In this document: positions 1-8,775 of the stretch, piece after piece
Layout of the letters: each line of letters begins with the position of its first letter
Numbering within the stretch: position 1 is the first letter of the stretch
Source of the DNA: an uncultured Gemmatimonadales bacterium
GTDB taxonomy: Bacteria > Gemmatimonadota > Gemmatimonadetes > Gemmatimonadales > JACORV01
Length of the DNA: 64,000 nucleotides
Reading direction: 5' to 3'
Assembly (NCBI GenBank): GCA_963729955.1
Contig: CAVSQA010000008.1
Span: 66,547 to 130,546 of the forward strand
Translations under genes and position numbers: made by a program
Notes under the pieces: generated by a model
The model's database searches: none
Told to the model about the DNA's origin: nothing
The model's input: the letters and a program-made list of their open reading frames with translations, nothing else

Positions 1-567
1 GACGACGCGCACTCGGTGGGTGTCCTCGGCGCGACGGGCGCGGGCACGGCGGAGCACTTCGGGATCGTGGACGAGGTGGACCTGATCGTCGGGACCTTCT
101 CGAAGTCGCTGGCGTCGATCGGCGGCTTCGTGGCCGGCCAGGAGTACGTGATCCACTACCTGAAGCATCACGCGCGGCCGCTCATCTTCTCGGCGGCCCT
201 GCCGCCGTCCAACACGGCGGGCGTGCTCGCGGCGCTGGAGATTCTCCAGAGCGAGCCCGAACGCCGCTCGGCGCTGTGGGCGAACACCAAGCTGCTGGCC
301 GACGGCCTGCGGTCGCTGGGCTACGATCTGGGCAAGAGCGAGACGCCGATCATCCCCGTGCTGGTGGGCGAGCTGGAGCAGACCTTCCTGTTCTGGCGGA
401 AGCTGTTCGACGTCGGCGTGTTCACCAATCCGGTGGTGCCACCGGCCGTCCCGGCGTCCCAGTGCCGGCTGCGGGCCAGCGTGATGGCCACCCATACGGC
501 GGACCAGATCCAGTTCGGCCTCGACGCGTTCGCGGCCGTGGGCAGGCAGCTCGGGGTCATCCACTGA
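1..567 (+). CDS. PLP-dependent alpha-oxoamine synthase, serine palmitoyltransferase / 8-amino-7-oxononanoate synthase family (C-terminal ~188 aa; 5' end is upstream of the window)
   Basis: Frame 1 is open from base 1 (DDAHSVGVLGATGAG...). It carries the family PLP-lysine motif GTFSKSLASIGGFVAG. Stop TGA at 565-567. FSKS..GGF looks SPT-like rather than BioF-like, judged from memory and not from a search. Confidence 0.8.
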   Translation, partial: DDAHSVGVLGATGAGTAEHFGIVDEVDLIVGTFSKSLASIGGFVAGQEYVIHYLKHHARPLIFSAALPPSNTAGVLAALEILQSEPERRSALWANTKLLADGLRSLGYDLGKSETPIIPVLVGELEQTFLFWRKLFDVGVFTNPVVPPAVPASQCRLRASVMATHTADQIQFGLDAFAAVGRQLGVIH

Positions 568-584
568 CCCCTGCGGCAACGACC

Positions 585-1697
585 GTGAGGTCGGTCGGCT
601 CCTCGGCCGACCTCCGGGCATTCATCGACTTCCCCTACCGCCACTACCGCAGCGACCCACTCTGGGTCCCGCCGCTGCGCCGGGACGTCGCGACACTCCT
701 TTCCCGCACCGAGAACCCGTTCTTCGAGCACGCCGAGGCGGCGTATTTCCTGGCCGAGGGCCGTGGCGGCGCCGGTGTCGGCCGGATCGCCGCCATCAAG
801 AACGACGCGCACGGCCGGGCCCATCCGGAAGAGGCCGCGGTCGGCTTCTTCGGCCTGTTCGAGTCGATCGACGATCAGGCCGTGGCGGACGCGCTGTTCG
901 CGGCCACGGCGGCGTGGCTCCGCGAGCGCGGGCTCACGGTGATACGCGGGCCGATGAACTTCTCCACCAACGACGAGTGCGGGCTGCTGGTGGACGGCTT
1001 CGGGACGCCGCCCGTGGTGATGATGCCGCACAACCCGCCGTACTACGCCCGGCTGCTCGAGCGGGCGGGGTTCGTGAAGGCGATGGACCTGCTGGCGTAC
1101 GAGGGCGGGCGGGACGCGGTCCCCGCGCGGCTCACGGAGGCCGCCCCCAGGCTCGCCGAACGCCACGGGATCGCGCTCCGCCCGCTCGACGTGAAGCACT
1201 TCTGGAGCGAGGTGGAACGGGTCAAGCTGCTCTACAACCAGGCGTGGGAGAAGAACTGGGGGTTCATCCCCATGACCGACGCGGAGATGAACCACCTCGC
1301 CAGGCAGCTCAGGCCCGTGGTGGTTCCCGACCTCGTGGTATTCGCGTCGATCGGCGAGACCCTCATCGGTTTCGCGATCGCCCTGCCGGACTTCAACGTG
1401 GCGCTGCGCTCCAACCGGTCGGGCCGCCTGTTTCCCTTCGGGCTGCCCCGGATCCTGTGGAACCAGCGGAAGATCCGGCGCGCACGGGTCATCACGCTGG
1501 GCGTGCTGCCGGAGTACCGCCGCACCGGGGCGGATGCGCTGATGTACGAGTGGCTGTGGCGCCACGCTCACGCGCTGGGCTACCCGTGGGGCGAGTCGAG
1601 CTGGATCCTCGAAACGAATACCGCGATGCGCAACGCGCTCGAGCGGATGGGCTTCACCGTCTACAAGACCTATCGGGTGTACGACCGGCGATCGTGA
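585..1697 (+). CDS. GNAT-fold N-acyltransferase-like protein (~370 aa)
   Basis: This is the meaningful part of ORF 276..1697; the part before 567 is out-of-frame overlap with the upstream gene. GTG at 585 is 18 nt after the upstream stop. The C-terminal VITLGVLPEYRRTGADALMYEWL...NTAMRNALERMGF resembles the acyl-CoA-binding core of GNAT enzymes. Confidence 0.6.
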   Translation: MRSVGSSADLRAFIDFPYRHYRSDPLWVPPLRRDVATLLSRTENPFFEHAEAAYFLAEGRGGAGVGRIAAIKNDAHGRAHPEEAAVGFFGLFESIDDQAVADALFAATAAWLRERGLTVIRGPMNFSTNDECGLLVDGFGTPPVVMMPHNPPYYARLLERAGFVKAMDLLAYEGGRDAVPARLTEAAPRLAERHGIALRPLDVKHFWSEVERVKLLYNQAWEKNWGFIPMTDAEMNHLARQLRPVVVPDLVVFASIGETLIGFAIALPDFNVALRSNRSGRLFPFGLPRILWNQRKIRRARVITLGVLPEYRRTGADALMYEWLWRHAHALGYPWGESSWILETNTAMRNALERMGFTVYKTYRVYDRRS

Positions 1698-2680
1698 AGG
1701 CCCTGGTCACCGGCGCTACGGGTTTCGTCGGCAGCCACCTGGCGGCCGCCCTGGTGAAGCGCGGTGACGAGGTGTCCTGCCTCGCCCGACGTCCGGAGCA
1801 GGCCGCCTTCATCGCGTCCCTGGGCGCGCTGATCGCCCCGGGATCCCTGGAGGACGTGGAGAGCCTGAAGGCGGCCCTGCGGGGAGTGGACCGGGTCTAC
1901 CATCTCGCCGGGCTTACCGCAGCCGGCTCGGAGCGGGAGTTCCTCGAGGTCAACGAGGGCGGCACGCTGCGGCTCATCGGCGCCATCCGGGCGTCGGTCC
2001 CCAGCCTCAAGCGCTTCGTCTACGTCTCGAGCCTCGCGGCGGTCGGCCCGACCAGCCGCGGCGCCAGGCTCACCGAGGACACGCCGTGCCGGCCGGTGAC
2101 GGCCTACGGCCGCAGCAAGCTCGCGGGGGAAGCCGTGGTGCGCCGCGCGGCGGGCCTGCCGTGGACCATCGCGCGGCCTCCCGTGGTGTACGGTCCGCGC
2201 GACCGCGAGCTGCTGCGGCTGTTTCGCATCGTGCGGTGGGGATTCGCCCCGGTCTTCGGGAGGGGGCGACAGGAGCTGTCGCTGGTCTACGTGACCGATC
2301 TGGTCGAGGGCATCCTGGACGCCGGCCAGGAGCCGACGGCGCTCGGCCAGACCTACCATCTCGCGCATCCCGAGGTGGTCCGCTCCCGGGACCTCGCGCG
2401 CGAGATCGGCCGGGCGGTCCGCGGCGGGCGCGCTCCGCTCATCGTGCCCGTGCCGGCCGCCGTGGCGGCGCCCATCGTCCGGGTGATCGGGCGGGCGGCC
2501 GCCGTCGCCGGGCGGCGTACCGTCGTCTCGGAGGACAAGCTGGCGGAGTTCCTGGCCCCGGCGTGGGGCACCTCGGTGGCCAAGGCGCAGCGTGAGCTGG
2601 GCTGGCGCCCGCCTCACGATCTCAGGGCCGGGGTCCGAGCGACGGCGGAGTGGTACCGCTCGGAAGGGCTGCTCGACTGA
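1694..2680 (+). CDS. NAD(P)-dependent epimerase/dehydratase-family (extended SDR) reductase
   Basis: This is the real part of ORF 914..2680. GTG at 1694 overlaps the upstream stop (GTGA, 4-nt overlap). Rossmann motif VTGATGFVGSHL at the N-terminus; about 328 aa. Confidence 0.8.
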   Translation: MKALVTGATGFVGSHLAAALVKRGDEVSCLARRPEQAAFIASLGALIAPGSLEDVESLKAALRGVDRVYHLAGLTAAGSEREFLEVNEGGTLRLIGAIRASVPSLKRFVYVSSLAAVGPTSRGARLTEDTPCRPVTAYGRSKLAGEAVVRRAAGLPWTIARPPVVYGPRDRELLRLFRIVRWGFAPVFGRGRQELSLVYVTDLVEGILDAGQEPTALGQTYHLAHPEVVRSRDLAREIGRAVRGGRAPLIVPVPAAVAAPIVRVIGRAAAVAGRRTVVSEDKLAEFLAPAWGTSVAKAQRELGWRPPHDLRAGVRATAEWYRSEGLLD

Positions 2681-2689
2681 CCCAGGTGG

Positions 2690-2715
2690 GTGGCGGCGTC
2701 CCGGCCCGCCGCCAC
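2690..2715. terminator. GC hairpin between convergent genes (possible bidirectional terminator)
   Basis: GTGGCGGCG (2690-2698) pairs with CGCCGCCAC (2707-2715), with an 8-nt loop. It lies in the 39-nt gap between the stops at 2680 (+) and 2720 (-). No T-tract. Confidence 0.35.
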
Positions 2716-2719
2716 GTAC

Positions 2720-3820
2720 TCAGGTCACGGGGGATGGCGCGGCGAGGCCGCCGGCCGCGCCCGCGTAGGCCTCTCCACCGTAGCGAGTCCGCAACTCCCC
2801 CACCCCACCCGGGTCACCCATGACGATGAGGGTGGCACCCTCCGCGATGCGCGTCCGCGGATCGGGCTTGAACGTCCAGGCGGGCGTGCCCGGCTCGAGC
2901 AGCGCCAGGAGCAGGAGGCCGGGCATGGCGTTCACGTCCAGGTCGGCGACCGACTTGCCGATCGCGGGGGAGCCTCGGCCCACCCGCAGCTCCTCCACCC
3001 TGAGGTTGCGATCGCGGTCCCGCAGCATCTTGTCCAGGAACGTCACGACCATCGGGCGGATCATCTCGGAGGCCATCCGCATGCCGCCGATGCGGAACGG
3101 AGAGACCACCGCGTCGGCGCCGGCCCGCCGCAGCTTGGGCTCGTTGCGGTCGTCCACCAGCATCCCGACGATGCGCACCGCCGCATTGGCCTGGCGCGCC
3201 GTCAGGATGACGAGCACGTTGTCGCGATCGGACTCGAGCGCCGCGACCACGCCCGCCGCGCGACCGATCCCGGCTTCCGCGAGCACTTCCTCGTCCGAGG
3301 CGTCTCCCGCGACGTACAGCAGCTCCTCCTCGGTGCTCCGCGGCGGGAGTGCCGTCGCCTGGGGGACGATGGCCACCACCGGACGCCGCGAGCTCATCAT
3401 TTCGTCGATGAAGTGCCCGGCCACGACGCCGGCACCGCACACGATCACGTGACCCTTCAGCTCCGCGATCGCCTGCCGCATACGCTTCCTCCAGAAGACG
3501 TGCTCGAGCTGCCCCTCGACGAAGAACGCCGTGATGGTCGACGCGAAGTAGACCAGGATCCCCATCCCGAACAGGATCAGGACCATGGTGAAGATCCGAC
3601 CCGCCGGATTGTCGTCCATCGGGATGATCTCGCCGTAGCCCACCGTGGTCAGCGTGATCACGGTCATGTAGAGGCTGTCCAGGAGGCGGTGCTTCCCGTG
3701 CCCGATCACGGTGTATCCCGCGACGCCGATGGCGAACACCGCCAGCACGGCGATGCCCGCGGTGGTGAGTCGGCGCCGGACTTCGGCGAGCTGCCGGTCG
3801 GCCTCGGTGAGCCTGTTCAT
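2720..3820 (-). CDS. Potassium channel with cytoplasmic RCK/TrkA-N domains
   Basis: ORF 2720..3844. Selectivity filter TLTTVGYGE between two TM helices, followed by VIVCGAGVVAGHFIDE (Rossmann-like RCK). The start is probably the ATG of MNRLTEA at 3820; the ORF track starts at 3844. Confidence 0.85.
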   Translation of the reverse strand: MNRLTEADRQLAEVRRRLTTAGIAVLAVFAIGVAGYTVIGHGKHRLLDSLYMTVITLTTVGYGEIIPMDDNPAGRIFTMVLILFGMGILVYFASTITAFFVEGQLEHVFWRKRMRQAIAELKGHVIVCGAGVVAGHFIDEMMSSRRPVVAIVPQATALPPRSTEEELLYVAGDASDEEVLAEAGIGRAAGVVAALESDRDNVLVILTARQANAAVRIVGMLVDDRNEPKLRRAGADAVVSPFRIGGMRMASEMIRPMVVTFLDKMLRDRDRNLRVEELRVGRGSPAIGKSVADLDVNAMPGLLLLALLEPGTPAWTFKPDPRTRIAEGATLIVMGDPGGVGELRTRYGGEAYAGAAGGLAAPSPVT

Positions 3821-3937
3821 CCGTGCTCCGTGAAATCCGGGCACAAGCTATACCGTTGACGCCCGGCCCGCCAAACCCCATTCTTTCCGCGCGACATTTC
3901 ACCTGTTCACGCCGTCCGGGACCCGTTCGGAGTAGCC

Positions 3938-5815
3938 ATGACGCTCGCAGATCTGCCTGTTCTCAACCCGTCCACGCCCGGCCGCGAGGCCCGGCGCGCG
4001 ATACTCGTCGCCATCCTGTTCGCCGTCTTCGGCGCGCTGTACGCCCTGGCGCGAGCCGCCGCCGCCGCGCCGCCCGACCTCTCGGCCTCGACCGGCGACG
4101 TGTTCGGGTTCGCCTACCCGCGCGGTTGGGGACTCGCGGTGGCGCTGTGGTCGGGCGCCGCGCGCTGGCCCTCGAGCCTCGCCAGCGCCGAGACGTTCCT
4201 CGCGGTCAGCGCCACCGTCGTCATGGCGGTCGCCCTGATCGTGGTGATGCACCCCGACCTCCTGGTGCGTCAGGGACCACAGTACGTCTCGCCCGCGCGC
4301 CGCATTACGACCGTGGTCGTGGCCTTCGTGATGGCCTTCCTCATGTACCGCCTGGTGATCGCGGTCGACGGCGTGTTCTCCTTCGACACCCTTGCCACGA
4401 ACCCGGACCGGGCGCGCCGCGTGCTGGTCGGGCTGGGCGCGCTCAGCGCCATCGTGTTCGGCGGCATCTGGTCGTTCATCGGACCCAAGGACTTCGGCCG
4501 GCGCATACCGCTGCGGATTTCGCACGGGGCCCTGGGCGGGATTGCGGTGTGGGGCGCGGTGGCACTGGCGACGCTGCTCTCCAGCCAGGCGCGGAGCTTC
4601 CTCTCCAGCACCCTCGATACCTTCTACACCCTGTTGACGGTGGACGCCGCCAACGGGGCGCCGGGGGCCACGGCGGGCTGGGCCGTGTCGTCGGACGTGC
4701 TCACGGCGGCCACCGCGATGGCGCTGGCGGGCTCGCTGCTCATCGTCACGGCCCCGCAGTCGCTCGGCCCCGGCAACCGCCGCGGCAGCGCCATCGTGTC
4801 CGGCGTGGTGGCGCTGTTCCTGATCGTCGTGGCGGCCACCACCTGGAGCACCACCCAGGCGCGGGCGCGCGAAGTCGACGTGAACGTGGTCAGCGCCCTC
4901 CAGCTCGACCGCACGGCTCCGGCCCGCACGCCCGTGCTGCTCGCGGGTGAGAGTCTCTCGCCCGCGCGGCGCCTCGTCGCCCGGCCGTTGATCGAGCCGA
5001 CGACGACGGCGGACGACTGCATGCACCCTGGCGGCGAGTCGCGGGTGCTGCCCGCGCGCACCGAGAACAACGTCCGCAAGCTCACCGAGTGGCTCCAGAC
5101 ACATCAGGGCGAGGTGAGCGGCATGGCGGTCCGCGTGGCGAGCTGTCGCGCGGCGCTGCAGGCGCTGCTGTGGGAGCCGGACTCGGCCCGCGCGGGCATC
5201 TTCCTCAGCTCGCACCCCGAGCGCATCGGCGCCCTGACGTACCTGTACGCCATGGCGGGCATCAGCACGTCGGCCCCGGCCCTCCTGCGCCGGACGATCG
5301 CGGCGCTGGGCGATACGACGCGCTATCAGCACGGCGTCGAGGCCCCGAAGCGCTTCATGGCGCTCGCCCGGCTGGCCGGCGACTCGGCGGCCGAGGCGGC
5401 CTGGCGCCAGCTCATCGTGACGCCGGCCACCGCGCAGGAGATGGCCTCGCTCCCGGCGCGGCCCGCGTACACCGACGGCGTGGTGAGCGGCCGCATCGCG
5501 ACCACCACGCCCGGTTGGCGGATCGCGCTGCTGATCGCCGACGAGCCGGGTGCCGGCAGCGATCCGACGTCGCAAGCCCCGCGCTCCGAAGGCTCCATCC
5601 TGTCCTCGATGGTGACCGCGACCAACGTCGGACCCGACGGCCGGTTCAGCTTCACCGGCCTCAGGGACGGCTACTACCAGCTCGCGCTGTTGTCGCCGAA
5701 CGGGACCGAGATCCCCCGGTTGACCAAGCTGGTGGTGAAGAACGATCCGGGCGTCTTCCAGCTCGCGGCGACCAGGAAGGTCAAGGATGTGGGGACGGTG
5801 ACGTTGACGTACTGA
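3938..5815 (+). CDS. Hypothetical polytopic membrane protein with a C-terminal CarboxypepD_reg-like beta-sandwich
   Basis: Single 625-aa ORF. The first ~330 aa contain many hydrophobic helices. The C-terminus GPDGRFSFTGLRDGYYQLALLSPNG resembles a carboxypeptidase-regulatory-like domain. No catalytic motif recognised. Confidence 0.6.
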   Translation: MTLADLPVLNPSTPGREARRAILVAILFAVFGALYALARAAAAAPPDLSASTGDVFGFAYPRGWGLAVALWSGAARWPSSLASAETFLAVSATVVMAVALIVVMHPDLLVRQGPQYVSPARRITTVVVAFVMAFLMYRLVIAVDGVFSFDTLATNPDRARRVLVGLGALSAIVFGGIWSFIGPKDFGRRIPLRISHGALGGIAVWGAVALATLLSSQARSFLSSTLDTFYTLLTVDAANGAPGATAGWAVSSDVLTAATAMALAGSLLIVTAPQSLGPGNRRGSAIVSGVVALFLIVVAATTWSTTQARAREVDVNVVSALQLDRTAPARTPVLLAGESLSPARRLVARPLIEPTTTADDCMHPGGESRVLPARTENNVRKLTEWLQTHQGEVSGMAVRVASCRAALQALLWEPDSARAGIFLSSHPERIGALTYLYAMAGISTSAPALLRRTIAALGDTTRYQHGVEAPKRFMALARLAGDSAAEAAWRQLIVTPATAQEMASLPARPAYTDGVVSGRIATTTPGWRIALLIADEPGAGSDPTSQAPRSEGSILSSMVTATNVGPDGRFSFTGLRDGYYQLALLSPNGTEIPRLTKLVVKNDPGVFQLAATRKVKDVGTVTLTY

Positions 5816-5818
5816 GGA

Positions 5819-5940
5819 CGTGAGAGGTGAGAAGCAAGGGGTGAGAAGCGGAACGTGAGACGTGAGAGGTCAAGGTGAGAGGTGAGGGGCGACCCCTCAC
5901 CTCTCACTTCGTCTGCTCACCTCTCACCCGCCCCTCTCAC
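5819..5940. repeat. Heptamer-array palindrome, GTGAG family, copy 1
   Basis: Seven GTGAG units on the left arm (5820, 5827, 5841, 5855, 5862, 5875, 5882) and five CTCAC units on the right arm (5896, 5903, 5916, 5923, 5936). Perfect 15-bp core stem GTGAGAGGTGAGGGG (5875-5889), loop CGA, CCCCTCACCTCTCAC (5893-5907). Confidence 0.9.
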
Positions 5941-6001
5941 GGCTGTGCAAGTTTTCCTCCCTCAATCGTCTCCCGGTCAGACCTCACACCGGGAGCTTCC
6001 C

Positions 6002-8246
6002 ATGTTCCGTCGCTTGGCACTCACCATCGCGCTGGCGTCGCTGTCCGCCGGCGCTCTCGAGGCGCAAGGCTGGATCCGGCTCGAACACCCGATCCGCGTC
6101 GGTCCCCCCTCGTCGGTCGTGCGCGTCAGCTCCAACGTGCGGACCACGATCGACGGCCGCGTGGCGCGCGTGGAGGTGGAGGAGCAGTTCCGCAACGCGG
6201 GGGGCGCTCTCGCCGAGGGCACCTACCTCTACCCGATGCCGGGCGAGGCCGTCTTCACCGACTTCGCGCTGTGGATGGGCGAGACCCAGGTGCGCGGCGA
6301 GATGATGAACGCCGAGCAGGCACGAGGCGTCTACGAAGACATCGTCCGGCGCCTCAGGGACCCCGCCCTGCTGACCCTCGAAGGCCACGGGCTCATCCGC
6401 GCGCGGATCTTCCCGATCCAGCCGGGTGAGACGCGCAAGGTGGTGCTCCGCTACACCCAGGTGCTCGAGCGGGCCGGCGACGCGCTCTGCGCCTGCGCTA
6501 CGCCATCGGCGACCGGCCGGTGACCGCGGGCCGCGGCTACCTGGACCAGCCCGCGCCGTCGCCGACCGACGCGGTTCCGCTACACCGTCACGGTGCCGGG
6601 CGCCGACGCCTACGGCACCCCCTACTCGCCGACGCACATCGCGTCACGACGCGCCGGGTGGGGGACCGATGGAGATCACGCTCGAGCCCGACGCCTCGGG
6701 CGACGTCGAGATCTTCATCCCGCTGCGCCGCGGGCTGGTCGGCACGAGCGTGGTGACCAACGCCCCCGGCGGCGAGGACGGCTACTTCATGCTGCTCGAT
6801 CGGCTCCCCCCACCGAGGAGGACGCGGCCGGCATCCCGCGCGATCTCACCCTGGTGCTCGACGTGTCCGGCTCGATGTCGGGCGAGAAGATCGAGCAGGC
6901 CAAGGCGGCGCTCCGCCAGACCCTGGCGTCGCTGCGGCCGGCCGGACCGGTTTCGAGCTGGTCGCCTTCTCCACGCGCGTGGTGCAACGTTCCGGGACGA
7001 CTTCACGCCCGCCACGGCCGAGAACGTGCAGGCGGCCCGCGCGTTCCTCGACCGGCTGGTCGCCGACGGCGGCACCAACATCGCCGGCGCGCTCGACGCG
7101 GTGCTCGGCGCGGCCACCGGCGAGCGGAGCGGCTCCCCGTCGTCGTCTTCGTGACCGACGGCCTTCCCACGGTGGGAGAGCAGGCGCCCGACCGGATCGC
7201 GGCGCTCGCCGCGGGGCAGATCGGCCGCGCGCGCATCTTCACCGTCGGCGTCGGCTTCGACGTCAACACCTATCTGCTCGACCGGCTGGCCGTCGAAGGC
7301 CGCGGCAGCGCCGAGTACGTGGCGCCCAACGCCGACATCGAGACGGCGATGAGCGCCGCTGCTCGGCAAGCTGCGGCATCCGGCGCTGGTGAATCTGCGC
7401 ATCGCCGGCGCCCCGGTGTCGCTGGACGCAGACCTATCCCTCGCGCCTCCCCGACCTGTTCTACGGCGAGGAGCTGGTGGTCTTCGGGCGCTACCAGGGC
7501 AGCGGCGCGGGGCCGGTGGTGGTGACGGGCGAGCGGAACGGCCGCACCGAGCGGTTCACGGCCGACGCCGTCTTCCCGGCCAGCGCCGCCGAGAACGACT
7601 TCGTCCCGCGGCTGTGGGCCTCGCGGCGCATCGGCGACCTGACGCGCCAGATCCGGCTCGAGGGCGCTACCCCGAGCCTGGTCGAGGAAGTGCGCAGCCT
7701 CGGGCTCCGCTACGGCATCCTGACCGAGTACACCTCGTACCTGGTGCAGGAGCCGCGGACGGCGTGGAACCTGCCGGCGCCCATGCCGGCGTCGACGGCG
7801 CTCAGGGGCGGCGCCGGCGCGGCGACGATGCAGACCGGCCGCGACGCGTTCGCCAACGCCAAGGCGAGCGCCGCCCTGCGGCGGCGTGTCCACCCTGTCA
7901 GCCGCCGACCACGTCGCCGGCATCCGGGCGAGCGAGCTGGCCGCCGCCGGGGCCCCAGGCGCGGCGACCGTGCGCCGGGTGGCCGGGCGCCTGTTCGTCC
8001 GGACCGACAGCGTCTGGACGGATGCCTCCCAGCGGGACAGCTTGAAGGTGGTGGACGTCGCGCCGTACAGCGACGCCTACTTCGCCCTGGTGCGCGCGCT
8101 GCCGGAGATCGCGCCGTACCTCGCCGTGGGTGACCAGGTGCTGGTGGCGGGCCGGCGGGCGAGCGTGAAGATCACGCGGCGGAGGCCTCACCACCTGGCA
8201 GCCGGGCCAGCTGGAGGCCTTGGTGCGCGCGTTCCGGGGCGTCTAG
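6002..8246 (+). pseudogene. VIT + von Willebrand factor A domain protein, secreted; frame-disrupted as sequenced
   Basis: Signal peptide MFRRLALTIALASLSAGALEAQG. VIT domain in ORF 5882..6523. vWA MIDAS region LTLVLDVSGSMSGEKI and VVVFVTDGLPTVG in 6593..7525. Further pieces are in 6426..7154, 7477..8133 and 7886..8446. The likely true end is ...QLEALVRAFRGV with TAG at 8244-8246. At least 6 frame changes. Confidence 0.75.
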
Positions 8247-8292
8247 CGGTACCGGACGCACGGGGAGAGCTGCAACGACCGACGTCGCCGAG

Positions 8293-8775
8293 TTGTACAC
8301 GCAGTATCACGATTCGCTCGTCCGGCTGCTGTGGCGCCGGACGGGCGATCGTGATCACGCCGAGGACCTGGCGCAGGAGGTGTTCGTCCGCGCGTTGGAG
8401 ACTCCGCCGGCCAACCCGAGGCCGTGGCTGTTCGCGGTGGCGCTGAACCTGGCGCGCGACGACGGGCGCCGGGCGACGCAGCAGGGACGCCGGCTGGAGC
8501 TGCTGCGGGGCGAGAGCGGCGGGGCCGCGCCGCGCCGCCCGACGCGGCGGTGGAGCCGCGGGAACGCGCCGCGGCGGTGCACGCGGCGCTGGCGACGCTG
8601 ACGGAACAGGACCGCGAGGCGCTGCTGCTCAAGGCGGAGGGGTTCGAGCTACGACGAGATCGCGGCGGCGCTCGGCCTCGCCAGGGGAGCGATCGGCACA
8701 ACGCTGGCGCGGGCGCGGCGGAGGCTGGTGGAGGCGTTCCGCGAGCAAGGACAGGTGAGCGATGTCGCACGTTGA
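8293..8775 (+). pseudogene. ECF-type RNA polymerase sigma-70 factor; frame-disrupted as sequenced
   Basis: Region 2 (HAEDLAQEVFVRAL) in ORF 8293..8601. Region 4 (LTEQDREALLLKAEGF, then YDEIAAALGLARGAIGTTLARARRRL) is in two other frames. Stop TGA at 8773-8775. Confidence 0.7.

Noticed and set aside
3899-5575. 558-aa minus-strand ORF antisense to the membrane-protein gene. Comparable antisense ORFs occur at 30343..32163, 46237..47787, 59203..60564 and 13957..14856.
   Set aside because: No recognisable domains and extreme R/G/P/H composition. Each lies opposite a gene with strong family motifs. They are GC-driven absence of stop codons rather than coding.
5819-5940. GTGAG/CTCAC arrays as a CRISPR array or as a coding peptide repeat (…PLTSHLSPLT…)
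   Set aside because: The units are 7 nt, there are no ~30-nt unique spacers, and there are no cas genes. The arrays are palindromic and sit exactly between gene ends. ORFs reading through them have no start context or homology.
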